A stretch of DNA of 64,000 bases from Octopus vulgaris. Its lineage: Eukaryota. The translations under genes and the position numbers were made by a program. The stretch is taken from NCBI GenBank assembly GCA_951406725.2, contig OX597818.1:434001-498000 (forward strand), read 5' to 3'. Every line of letters begins with the position of its first letter. Within the stretch, counting starts at the first letter, position 1. Below are positions 26,463 to 39,099 of the stretch, piece by piece. Under the pieces are notes generated by a model. It was not told where the DNA came from. It saw only the letters and a list, made by a program, of their open reading frames with translations, and did not search any database.

Positions 26463-26745
26463 TGGAACCTCTTGTCAGCCAGGTGAGCTAATAATATGTT
26501 GTATCCATGGTTAAGATTTATCCACCATGTGGCAATCGAACTTGTCAGTCAAGTGAATTATGTACTTTACTCATGGTTAACATTTACTGACCATGTAGCA
26601 TCTACTGACCTGTATATTAGTCAGGTGGACTAATTATATAACTTACCCAGGATCAGCATCTACCCATTATGTAGCACTGGAACTTCTTACTAAGCCAGGT
26701 GGACTAATTACGTACTTTACCTATTATTAACACTTACCCACCTCA
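26463..26745. repeat. Diverged ~70 bp tandem repeat, about 4 units
   Basis: Recurrent AG(C/T)CA(G/A)GTG..CTAAT...ACTTTAC.CATGGTTAA.ATTTAC..ACCATGT(G/A)GCA. Confidence 0.75.
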
Positions 26746-27904
26746 GGAAGAATCAAATGGTAAAACCTTGAACCCATTACTCTAAGTATGTGGGACCTGT
26801 TTTAGAAAGACACAAAATCTAAAGTCTTAACATTAATCTTATCTCAGCTGCTTGGAGTGGAGTGTAGGAAGATATTACTAGGTAAGTATGGAAGTGAAAT
26901 TTTAATAAAAGAGGAAAATTGGATGGGGCCATCACTGAAACAGCTGCTTCAGCATAGTGAGACAGCTGTTCTATAATCTATCATTGATAAAGTCTAATAA
27001 AGACATGAAATCTCAGATTTGTAATTAGATTACATGTTAAATAGTTTATCTGATTGTTAACCATATTATAGACCAAACACGCATGTTTTACAATTTTTCA
27101 CTTCTACATTTTGATGGGACATATCTATTATATTCCATTCACATCACTAATATTGACAGTGTTGTTGTCATCCTTTTAATGTCCACCTTTCCATTCTTGC
27201 ATGGAGTGGACAGAATTCACTGAGGCAGATTTTTTACAGTTGGATGTCCCTTCCTGTTACTATGCTTCATCTGTTTTCAAGTAAAACTAGACATGTTTTT
27301 ACAGAAATTGAAGGACACTATTTGTATGGAAAACAAAGGACACAGTAAGATGGTGATGTTCATTTACAATTATCATTTACAATTATTAAAATAAGGTGAC
27401 AGGTTGATTTTGACATCTCATCCAATAATTTTACATGTAAAAGCTACTTGTTTGAGAATGAATCTAAATTATGTAATTTAAAATATATAACTAATAATCA
27501 CCAATATATTTGATGACAAATGCTGCACATTTTTTATGACAAAATTTCTCAAAAAATCACTTCAGATCCTATATGCAAATCTGGGCTTCCCATAGGCTTT
27601 AATGCACTAAAAACAATTTTTTCCTGAATATGCCCTGCTGAAATAGGGTGCATCTAATATATACACGCATTGTTTATACCATCAAATAAGGTATGTAAAA
27701 CAATATCTAAACTGTCATGACTAGTTTTCTCTCCTTCTGTATGTGTGTGTGTGAGTGTGTCTATCTGTGTGTGTGTGTGTGTGAGTGTGTCTATCTGTGT
27801 GTGTGTGTGTGTGTAACTGGCTTCTTTTGGTTATTTACCAGATTCACTGATAAGGTTTTGATTAGCCCAGGGCCATCCAGGTGCCACACAGTGACATACA
27901 TATA

Positions 27905-29490
27905 CACTGTGTCCCACATTATTAGGCAAATCAACCTTCTCTCAATAAATAAATGAATATTCATTCAAAACCAGTTGTTTTCCCACTGACTGTTGGCAAC
28001 ACCTATCTGTGCACATTCTATTAAAATAAATCGGATCTGTGCAGATGCCAAACAAATGGCAGCCGTTTTTGTGATTGGGCAACATTTTCACCGTCACAAA
28101 TTATTAGGCAAGTATAATAAAAATGATAATTGTATCAGAACAAACATTTATTTAATTCAACAGTAAAGGTTTCACAAAAAAATTATTCATAAAGGACTTG
28201 ATGGGAAACATAATAATACGTTCAAATGAAAATAATCATGGAACTATGACATCATACAACTCCTAATGTTTGATGTATGATCCTTTACATGCAATAAACT
28301 TCTTTATGCATTGATCCATTGAATTTGTCAAGGTGATGATATCTTCTTGTGTCATGCTTTGAGCAGCATTTACAATAGCATTCCAGATGGCAACTTTACT
28401 TGAAAACTGCTGTCTTGGTAAACATGACTCTTCAGGACACTCTGCAGATTCTCAATCAGGTTTAAGTCAGGGGAACAAGGTGGCCACTCCATCAAACGAC
28501 CTCCAGAGAAGCCTATTTGCTGCAGGTATTCCTTAGAATTCTTCGCTGCATGAGACAGGGTATTATCTTGCATAAAGACCAGCTTTCTTTAGAATGAAAG
28601 TTTTTGCTTTTTGAACCATAGGTGGAAATTGTTCTTTAAGAAGGTAACATGTTTTCCATGTCATCTTAATGCCAACTGGGACTTTCCATGGCCTGACCAT
28701 AATACCACCAAGGATACCAACCCAAGACATGACCCCACTTCCTCCCTGTTGGCATCTCAAATGATGAGGACAGTTCTTGCTGATTGATACCCAACCTTTA
28801 CTCTAGCCATCTGGTCTGTTAAGGGTAGCACAGCATTCATCAGTGAACAGAACTGTTGAAAAAAATCTATCTTCATGTATTTTTCTGCCCATTTCAGTCT
28901 CTCCTGCTTATGAACAGCCTTCAGATAGAATCTTGTAACAGGTTTAACACTCCTGGCTACCTACTTCAAGAGGCAACATCTGGTAGTTTTCAACACCTCG
29001 TCCCTGCCACAATGTTTGAAGACTTCTCTACTTGTCAGACATGGGCTCCACATGACTTCCCTCTTCACACGTGACGAAGTTTGATTCGAAGCAACCTTTG
29101 ACTTGACTCTATCTGCCCATGACCGGACAGAAACTGTGCAAATTTCTTCACTGTTCGGTGATCTCTTCCCAATATTTTGGATATTTCTATGGTTGTTTTT
29201 GCTTTTCCAAGCTCTGACATGATGGTACCTAGACTTCTCGTTTGAGGTAAGATCACGTTTCTGACCCATGACACTTAAATTGGGCACCTGCCTAATAATT
29301 TGGGATAGCAGAAATGTTGCTGCTACACAATAATGGCTGCTGTTTGCTTCCGTCTGTGCAGATCCAATTTATTTTAACAGAAAATGCGCAGATAGGTGTT
29401 GCCAACAGTCAGGGGAAAACAACTGATTTTGAACAAATATACATTTAATTATTGAGAAGGTTGATTTGCCTAATAATGTGGGATACTGTG
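27905..29490 (-). mobile_element. Tc1-like DD37E (TRT-type) transposon with ~210 bp IR/DR termini, defective
   Basis: TA TSDs; long TIRs with ATTATTAGGCA at both outer and inner ends. ATG 29269 MGQKRDLTSNEKS; TTIEISKILGRDHRTVKKF; QQGGSGVMSWVGI; QDNTLSH-...-WPPCSPDLNLIE with 37 residues between D and E. Confidence 0.92.
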
Positions 29491-29617
29491 TAGTTGTGTG
29501 GTTAAGAAGTTGGGTTTACGATTATGTTGTTCTGCACCTTGGGGAAGTGTCTTCTAACCCTGGGTCATCCAAAGCCTTGAAAGTAAAACTGGGTAAACAG
29601 GGCAAGTGTGCAGAATT

Positions 29618-29656
<39 letters not shown>

Positions 29657-29739
29657 AATGAGGTAATCAGATTGGATGGTTCATATTTATAGATATTTAT
29701 TTATATATTACATTTTTTACATATATATCATATCATTCG

Positions 29740-29777
29740 GATTAGCGCTTTCTCCCAATCGAGTGGGGTTTTCAAAT

Positions 29778-29778
<1 letters not shown>
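29740..29778 (-). ncRNA. Candidate minimal type I hammerhead ribozyme (Penelope-like element end), U3-A8 core variant
   Basis: rc GAT-TTGAAAA-CCCCA-CTCGAT-TGGGA-GAAA-GCGC-TA-ATC: 3 bp stem I, stem II, palindromic stem III (AGCGCT); lies between (TA)n tracts. Confidence 0.45.
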
Positions 29779-29824
<46 letters not shown>

Positions 29825-31084
29825 TATATATAGGGTGTGTATGTATAATATATATATATATATATATATGAATGTATTTATGAATGTATTTATGTATATG
29901 AATTATTGGCAGTTCCAGGAACATCTCTTCTCTGCCAATTTTTGTCCTTACAAGTTTGATAAAATATCTACAAAATAAGGGAGTCAATATTAGCGACAAA
30001 TAACATTGAATGGAGTGCTCTAGCATGGCTACAACCCAATAAATGAATGTGTGTTTATATAAAACCAATGAATTAGTCCACACGCATGCATGCAACGACA
30101 CATGTGCTTCACTAGTGCTGATGTCATGATAAAACACACTTGTAAAGTGGTTGATGTCAAGAAAGGCATGTCAATATAACAAGTATGAGTGAGATGTAAT
30201 TCCTGATCCATCTTGGAAACAAGAAACTCTAAATATGACCCAATCCAGACTGATTATCTAGTCAGTTTGTCACTGTGCAGATATGAGACAAAGCCATGAT
30301 GATAATGATGACAATGATACACGTGTATGTGTGTGTGTGTGTGTGGGGGACATTGACATGGGATATGCTTACATTTTCTTCACAACTGTCTAGTTTCTTA
30401 TTTGAATATCACCCTGAGGAAGTATCTTTTATTAGAAATTCAGTTTGAAATTTGGTAAACAGAAACCATACAACAATCATCTTGAGAGGGGGAGAGAGAG
30501 AGAGTGTGTGTACACACACACACACACACAGGGCTAAGCCGTTCAATGTATAAAGACCAGTACAATAAAATACCTCAGTTAGAAACAAGAGTTGGTGCCA
30601 AGAAGGGTATCCAGACTTAAAATAGGACCTCAAGAAGCAAGAAAAAGAAGGCTTAAAAATAATTATATACACACACAAGTAGGCAGAAATCCAGTGTAAA
30701 CTAAGGATGAGTAAGAGATGGAGTGATTCCTTAAGTATGTTAACAGAGAAGGTAAACTGTGCATATTGCAGGTACATAGCAACAGTGAATGCTACAAGCA
30801 CTTGCAGAATAACTTCCCTCAGGCAACACTCTAGAAGTAGTTGATAGCTTCTGTTACTTAGGGACCTATTTATTTGTGGCAGGCAGTTTATATCATTGCT
30901 TTCATTGATAACCAGTCAGCTCTGCAACACTCTTATCACTTGCCCCACTGTAACACAGACTTTCATCAGAAATCTCACTTATCACACATTCTTTTATCAT
31001 TCGTCTGTTTGTCACCCATTACTTTATCTTTCAAGCTTCTCACATCACTAATTTCTCATCTCCCAGTCATTCTCTCCTGAGTGC

Positions 31085-32174
31085 TAGTATATATAGAGAA
31101 AAGTTAAGCATACATGCTGATTCAGTCATATGCATATAGATGACAACAGTTGCATAAAGATGTGTTGATCACTTAAAGTGAATGGAACTTGTAGAAGAGC
31201 AAGACCTAAGAAGATCTGGGACAAAGTATTGAGGGTCAATCTCAAAATACTGACAAAGGACTGAGATATCTGGTACCTTACTGTGCTTGAGAAATCTCAC
31301 CCACCACAACTGAATCAATATCCTAAAACCACCTTCCTAAATGCTTGTATGCTCAAAGCTCTACCCCATCCCCATTCCCACTGTCCTATTAAGCTTCCCC
31401 TACATCTCATTCCCTACACTCATCACTTCTTTATCTTTCATATTATTCATCTACCATTTATCACTGGAGAGCAGAATGGACACAGACCATGCACCCACCT
31501 TCATTACCTTCTCCCTTCCTCCCCCTCCCCAGAACCACTTCCATTCCTCATCTTCCTCCATCTATGCTCTCTCCACTCTGCTAAACTGCATTTTTACACC
31601 TCTCTTATCTTCACTCTCTCCCAATGCCCTCACATATCTAACATAACCCCCTCCCTGCAAGACACTCATGTCTCTCACCTTCAATTACTAGAGCCACCTC
31701 TATCCCATCTAACCATATCTCATCAAATTCTCATGAAATTTTTCCCCTCTGTCTCCCCACCCAGTCCCATCCTCTGTATCTCCTCCCACCCACTGTACTT
31801 TGAGTGCATGTCCTAACATCATCATCTCTCCCACTCACTCCATCTTTCTCTCTAGGTTTCCTTCTCCCTTGTTCTCCAATTGTATCTCTTCTACAGTGTG
31901 ACACTTATCTCTATACCTCTTTCATTCTTTAATTTCTCATCAACTGGTACAAATCTACTTCCCTCAATACTACCCCTCCCCCAGTCAGGGCGAGGACTTT
32001 GTCTTGCCTTGCAAGTTTTTTGGTGATGCTTCCAGTACACTCTGTGAAGTGGCTGACATTAGGAAGGGTATCCAGCTATAGAAAATATGGCAAAACAAAC
32101 AGAACTTGGCATAGCTCTCCAGCTTGCCAGCCCATCAAATCACCCAACAGAACAGACAGAATGGAAAATGTTAA

Positions 32175-32207
<33 letters not shown>
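31085..32207 (+). mobile_element. Old RTE-type 3' end with long pyrimidine-rich 3'UTR and (GAT)n tail
   Basis: Degenerate GGAACTTGTAGAAGAGCAAGACCTAAGAAGATCTGG (GTCGRGRPRKTW-like), TTAGGAAGGGTATCCAGCT and GATGAT tail. Confidence 0.65.
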
Positions 32208-32209
<2 letters not shown>

Positions 32210-32440
32210 AGAGCAAAGTAATTTTGATAATTAGTAAGAACAGAATGGGGTGTGGGTGTACTTGACTTCATTAATTATTCATCTTTACCCCTGAATGTAT
32301 TAGACTTAGTTGCTGTTAAGATTAATCAGTTTTACAAATGTACAGACAGTTAAGGTACTCTTCATTCCTCTATCATAAAACAGTCAAACCATAGGAATTT
32401 TGTACATCACCGTTGACCCTTGTAGATTTCTTCTATTACA

Positions 32441-32654
32441 TTAACTCTTTCAGGTTCAATATTCCTAATGAGACACAATCTATATTTCAATTAATTCTTG
32501 AAAACAATCATGAATTTGAGGGATTTAGTAAAATAATTAACTTTTTTATCAAGTTGATGTTTCAAACATAAAAAGGTTCTTACATAAAGATTATGATAGC
32601 TGGGTCTCATTTAAATAGGGACACTCTAAAATTAGAGGCAGTCTAAAGAGTTAA
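32441..32654. mobile_element. TTAA-flanked MITE (piggyBac-like)
   Basis: TTAACTCTTT ... AAAGAGTTAA inverted termini 214 bp apart. Confidence 0.55.
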
Positions 32655-33683
32655 TCCTTGATAGCTTAGGATCATCACTTAAAACAAAAGCAACATTTTG
32701 ATGACTGAAGACACAAAAATCTAATGGAACTACTTTTAGTATTGTTGTTGTTTAGCACCAGGTAAATCCTTACTGAGCAAACCTATGATAAGACATAATA
32801 GCCATGGGTATCTTGTCTCTATATGGTATTGTAAGACTATATCATCTAATTGTCCTTCCTTTCTTTAAGAGGGGATTTCGAGTAGTATTTCTAACATGTA
32901 GTGACTATCTTGATTCATTGTTTTCTGCAGTAGAAATTAAGAATCCACAGAGGCAATATCTGATTCTGTAGGGTTTACAGAAGCAGCACCTGACATCAGT
33001 TTCTGTAGCATTAAGCATGAAAAAATAACAATCTCCCCAGAGATAGCTTACAATTTTTATTTTTTCTCTGGGATCTCAGTAACTAATTTCTCTAAAGTCC
33101 TGGTTTGTATTCTGTAACTTCTCTACTTTCTTGGATATGTAGAATTAAATGTCTTGCTTCATGTAAGATATGAACTCATGATCTATGAGATGCCTCTATA
33201 GAAACCCAGAAATAACTAACAATAAAATACAAATAATTAAGGCAGTGAATATAATTAAAATAATTAGAACATTTCTTTATATCAATGAAATACTGAAATC
33301 TATTCTTTAATAAGAAATAACAGGTTTGAAAAAAAGTAATGGATCTTTTCTAATTAATTCTTATTAAATAACTTAAAAGTAAATTTATTTGAAAATAAAT
33401 GATACCCTCGAAAAATGATAGTAAATAATAATAAAAAACAATATCATAAAAGATAAAAAGTAATAATATATTTTAGTAACAAAAATAAATGAGAACTGAG
33501 AATACATCAAGTGTTTAAGACAAAACAGTAAACATTATATAAAATCATATGTAATCAACATTGACATGTGGACATGAAAAAGTTCCAAGGCGATAGGAAA
33601 AGGTAAACAACGAGAGATAAGTAATGTGTTAGGCAATGTGGCAGAACAATACAAAAGTAGTATAATAAGGAAAGAGTACTCAC

Positions 33684-33699
33684 TAACGTCAGCCCCCAT
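33684..33699 (-). CDS. Candidate alternative start exon of the PHLDB-like gene (ATG GGG GCT GAC GTT A|gtgagt; MGADV, phase 1)
   Basis: Kozak-like AGAATGG, consensus donor, phase compatible with exon 19576-19698; upstream acceptors at 33701 and 34143; TE-poor region. Confidence 0.35.
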
Positions 33700-34839
33700 T
33701 CTGTAAATGTAAAGACAACAGGTGCAATGGTCGAAAAAAGGCTCGACAACTTTCTCAGCTTTTACATTTGAACAGGCAGAAAGGAAACACGATAAGAATA
33801 AATAGTGTAACAAAGTTTAGAATTAATGTTCTATAGTCTTTCGTATGTCCACACGGAATGTTATCCAGGATGTATACAAGATTCGAAAAGGTGATAACAT
33901 CGGCAGACATGTCAAGAGAAAGTTGTCTGGTGGAAGAAGCCCAGGCAGGAGCATAATAAGATGCTAACAGACTGACTTGCAAGAATGGTGGGAGGAGATA
34001 GTAGCAGTGATATGGTTGGTGAAAGAGAGGAGTAGCTGCAATAAAGTTCTGTTGGATTTCTCAGCAACATTTGCCAAGCTTAAATAAGCACTGGTTGCTA
34101 GAGTACTGTAAGTATAGCAGCCCTCACAGACAGTGATTACACCTGAGTAAGGAGAAAAAACAGCATGTTGGCACCACCAGGTTTTAGCTAACAGTAATTA
34201 AGAGTGTGTTAGTGATGATGTAGGGCTTAGCAGTCTTAACTGGTATACTTTTAACAGATGGAAAGGGGAGCGGTATTACATGGTACCAGAAATAACTTGT
34301 ACCATTTCTTTTCACAGTTGATAATGATCAGTTGTTGAAAAGAATATAAATAAAAGATATTGCAAAAAACGAAATTCTGACTTGATAGCATGTGAAGTCT
34401 GTTATTGGTTAATCGGACCATATTGTATTTCATAATATTTCATGTAGCAAGGATTGGCAATGATAAGCTACATGCGAAACTGTAACAAAGATAGATAAAC
34501 TTGTTTCATAACAAAATTTCAAATTTCATTAATGAAATAGTTTTAGGATATCAGTAAAATACAAAATACTGACATATGCATACATACCATAAGGGTATGT
34601 ATGTATATATGTGTGTGTGTGTGTGTGTGTATGTATACACACATCATATATAATACACACACACACATATATATTTGTATACATACTATATATATATATA
34701 TATATATATTTTATATAGTATATACACACACATACGTACACATATATAAATACTATATATATATATATATATATACCGGATATCTCTATATTTTGCTCCA
34801 TCTATACCGGATGTCGCTTCTCCCACCACCATTATAGGT

Positions 34840-35242
34840 GTCTACTCTTCGAACCCCCCTCTTCAATATGCTATTTCACCATGCATTACCCCTCTCTCGA
34901 TATCCTACGTTCTACTTGCCTAGAACCTGTCATCATTTCTCTGAACCACCCCTCCCCACTGGTGCTCCCCTATATTTCTGCACCACCACCCCCCCACATA
35001 AAAAGCACCATCCGAACGTGTTCGATGCCAGACCCCTCTGGCACCTGTGCAGGTGGCACGTAAAAAACACCCACTACACTCGCGGAGTGGTTGGCGTTAG
35101 GAAGGGCATCCAGCTGTAGAAACACTGCCAGACTAGATTGGAGCCTGGGGCAGTCCCGAGCTCCCCAGACCCCGGTCGAAACCGTCCAACCCGTGCTAGC
35201 GCGGAAAACGGACGTTAAACGATGATGATGATGATGATGATG
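34840..35242 (+). mobile_element. RTE 3'UTR fragment with (GAT)n tail, CpG-intact
   Basis: GTTGGCGTTAGGAAGGGCATCCAGCTGTAGAAACACTGCCAGA ... GGACGTTAAACGATGATG. Confidence 0.85.
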
Positions 35243-35354
35243 TTGTACATAGTATGTATACATACAATACATACAATACATACAATATGTATACATGTGT
35301 GTGTGTAATGTGTATATATAAATATACATAAATGCATCAATATGTATATATACT

Positions 35355-35675
35355 CTACTCTTTTACTTGTTTCAGTCATTTGACTGTGGTCATGATGGAG
35401 CACCACCTTTAGTCGAGGAAATCGACCCCAGGACTTATTCTTTGTAAGCCTAGTACTTATTCTATCAGTCTCTTTTGCTGAACCGCTAAGTTACGGGGAT
35501 GTAAACACACCAGCATTGGTTGTCAAGTGATGTTGGGGGGACAAACACACACACATATATATACATATATACGACAAGCTTTTTTCAGCTTCCGTCTACC
35601 AAATCCATTCACAAGGTGCCACGCAGTGGGACTGAACCCGGAACCATGTGGTTGGTAAGCAAGCTACTTACCACA
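35355..35675 (-). mobile_element. tRNA-derived SINE (11545 family)
   Basis: TCTTTTACTTGTTTCAGTCATTTGACTG ... GGGACTGAACCCGGAACCATGTGGTTGG. Confidence 0.85.
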
Positions 35676-35678
35676 CGC

Positions 35679-35729
<51 letters not shown>

Positions 35730-35763
35730 AATATATACAAACACACACACACATCATACATAC

Positions 35764-35800
<37 letters not shown>

Positions 35801-35821
35801 GCATGTATACAATGTGTATAT

Positions 35822-37190
35822 ATCATCATCCTCATCAGTTAATGACCATCTTCCATACTGGCATGTTGTTGCACAGTTCAAAAGAATCTGTCAAGCCCCA
35901 ATATCTGCTTTGGCATAACTTTTCACAGCTGGATGCCCTTCCTAATGCCAACCACTTTACATGGTGTACTGGATGCTTTTTTTTTTTGATACCAACACTA
36001 AAGAACTTACAAGACAAGCTTGCTAGATTGAGTGGGACTACAGTGGAGAGGGGTGTGGCTTTGAACCAGATACTTAGAGACTAAAGTATCATAGAAGAAT
36101 AGGATCAGGTGTTTTGTTGTAGAGGAGATCCATGGCTACTCCAGCAGGAAAAAGAGGAAAAGATGGTAGTTATGAGGTGCCAGGCATACTCTCAGGAAGG
36201 AGGAAAATATAAGAGTGAATGGAACAGAGGATTGAGGATGGATGGATGGATGGGTAAGTTTGTGAAAGTATGATAGGATAGTGGCATGTGATGGAGTTAG
36301 AGGAAAATGGAGAACAGTGGTGGAGGTGTGGTCGATGATGAATATCAGTTTGGGGTGGGCAGAGAGCAAAGAAAATAGAAGTGTGTCAGCAAGAAGGGAG
36401 TGATGAGTGGCAGTGAAAAAAAGGGGGTCAAGAGTAGAATAGGACTTGTAGTTAGATGAGAAGTGTGGAGAGAGAGAGAGAGGGAGAAAAAGAAACAGAG
36501 GGAGGAGATGTACAGTAAAATAGACAGAGGTGGAAATAGGGAGTGACAAAGATGGAAACCAAGAATACAGGATAGGTGGCAAAACAAAGTGCTCCCAAGG
36601 ATATAATTACAGCGGTTGAATAAATGGTGGCTGGGGATAAATATACACAATACTTTGAGATGGATAGTCTTCTAATCACCAATCATCTCAGTCTTTTATC
36701 ATTATGAGGCTCAACATCCTGAGGTCAGTTATAACTACTTCACCTTAAATCCTCCTGGGTCTCCCTCTTCCACAAGTTCCATCCACATTTACTGATTAGC
36801 ACTCTTTTATGCAACTTTCCTCATCCATATGCATCTCATGACTATATTAGTACAATCTTCTCTCAAGCACTATGCCCAATTTTCTCTCAACACATTTACA
36901 CTTTGTTATACATGTACACTGATGATGCACATCCCACAGAGCATGTTGGCTTCATTTCTTTCTAGTCTTCATATACCCATTACATTGAAGGCCCATGTTT
37001 CACCAACATGTAGCATTGCTATTCATAAACAAGCATCACACAACCTGCTTTTACTCTGAGGGAGAAGCTTTTTGTTATCAACAGAGATTTGAGTTCTCTA
37101 AACATTCTCCAACCAGTTCTTATTTTAGCACACTCCCCTGCACACTAAATTCCTTGCTGAGTTCATTCTGGATTCTTGCTTGCTGACTGC
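35822..37190 (-). mobile_element. Old RTE LINE 3' portion with long 3'UTR
   Basis: (CAT)n, CTGGATGCCCTTCCTAATGCCAACC and degenerate RT C-terminal matches (CCCATGTTTCACC, CTGCTTTTACTCTGAG). Confidence 0.7.
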
Positions 37191-37296
37191 CTCTTCATAC
37201 ATAGCTTATTTATCCCTAGTTTCCTTAACTATTACTAAATCACAGTGCAAAGGACTCAGTCAAAGACCATGCCAGGTATAGCAGCTTATTCTTAGC

Positions 37297-37461
37297 TATG
37301 CAGTTGGAGAATGTTCAGAGAACTATGGTTTGTTGATAACAAAAAGCTTCTCTCTCAGAGTGAAAGGCAGACTGTGCGATGCTTATGTATAAACAACAAT
37401 GCTACATGGTAGTGAAACATGGATCATGAATGTAAAGTGTATATGAAGACTAGAAAGAAAT
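37297..37461 (+). repeat. Inverted copy of RTE segment ~36954-37115
   Basis: GTTGGAGAATGTT...CAAAAAGCTTCTCTCTCAGAGTGAAAGGCAG...GAAGACTAGAAAGAAAT is the reverse complement of the neighbouring segment. Confidence 0.8.
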
Positions 37462-37617
37462 TTAACATGCTTGCAGTTATCTCATAAGGAATATGGTGTC
37501 ACTTATACCTCTTCCTGAGACAAAGCCAGAGTATACCTTATGTAGACTAATTCTGTCTCTAATCAGTTTTGCAATAACCCTTTCAATAACTCATAACCTA
37601 GTGAAACAGTCTGATGC

Positions 37618-37652
<35 letters not shown>

Positions 37653-38358
37653 TTCTCAACATCCCTTGTAGCAGTTTACAATGATATTTCAGCACTAGGT
37701 ATGATACCTTCCTATATTATCTAATTTACTATTCAAGAGACTAATTTGTACTATATATCACCACTTATTTTAAGCAGGAGGCCCTGATGGCCCAGCTGCT
37801 TTCCCAATTTATTCTTTCTACAATGCCACTGTCAACTTGGATGGCTGGGTCCACATGAGGTTGGTACTATGTACCAACCTGTCTCTCATTCTCCAATGTA
37901 TTCTCCACATTCATCAGCCTCACATAAGCATTTCCATGTCTCTTTCTTATCAATGGCAGTGAGAAAATAAGTGTGCTGTTTTCATTCCATATATACTTCT
38001 TAACATCTCAATTTTCTCTATTAAACTACCTAGCAATGTAGGACACACACACCTCAGAACCTCCCTCACATTGCAAAACATGTACAAACTTAGTTTTTCC
38101 CTCTCTTCTTGCCACATGTACCTGACGTCTGACTTCTTTTCCAGCAATTTGGTATTTTTCTCTGCCTCCTCCTCTTTTCTAAACTTGTATCTTTATCATT
38201 ATAGTTCTAGCTATAATAACACCATTACATTTTGATGTAATGGTGGAATAACACCATTACATCAACATGTGTTTAGCTAGGATGTTGCACCAACCACAAG
38301 TTTTATATGTAACTTCCAACAGATTGTCCTGTAAAAACTGCCAGCTTTGCTCTGTTAT

Positions 38359-38678
38359 TGTTATAATGTGGATCCTCATCCACTTGTATGTTGTTGTCGG
38401 CATTGTAATATTCTTGTTGTCACTATTATGCTGTGGCAGCATTCCACACTTACTATCTTTGCTATTGCTGAAAGCTCCACAATACGATGACTTTAAAACG
38501 ACTACCTTGATGGTAAGTCAAACTCCTATATATCATGTAACTGACTCTGACACCAACTGAGAATTGTACAATGACTCTACTACTACTGACCCTTTACAAC
38601 GACTGACTGTCTGACTTTTTAGTGGCTTCTCATATCAATTTGTCACAAGGGAAGGAGTGTACCATTTTCACTACAACA
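38359..38678 (-). repeat. 3' LTR of the Gypsy element
   Basis: TGTTATAATGTGGATCCTC ... TTTTCACTACAACA, homologous to 48605-48928. Confidence 0.9.
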
Positions 38679-39099
38679 TCACTCCTTTTAGGTTTTTTTT
38701 TCTCTTTGAGAAGCAAATAATTTTATTTTACTTTATTCACCCCTCCTCCTCCCTTTTTAGCATTTTTTTTCAACTTAATATTTTTTTCTTTTTGGCCTCT
38801 ATTTGTAGGAACTCTGTGTTCTTCCTTTTTCTTCCACCTGTAATGGTGTTCGTACCTGGAATGTGTCATACAGCCATTCCATAGGTTCTTCCACTCTGGT
38901 TCATTTTCTATGAATCTCTTCTTCAATTGATTTCTGTATCTCGTTTCAATACCTTTTCTGTGTTTAATTCCGTACATCATTTTTCCTGAGTACTTACTAA
39001 TTTTCCCTTCTTCCCAGTATTGTTTTCTGTTTTTATATGACTTCATGTACACCTTATCACCAATTCTTAAAAATTTTGGATTGTCTTTCCTGATACTTT

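Noticed and set aside
31283-31816. 177 aa Pro/His/Leu-rich ORF
   Set aside because: Pyrimidine-rich 3'UTR of an old RTE; compositional artefact
33966-34142. 58-codon phase-1 frame after the 34143 acceptor as a coding cassette exon
   Set aside because: It ends in TAG without a phase-compatible donor and would split the FHA domain; kept only as possible UTR in the alternative-start finding
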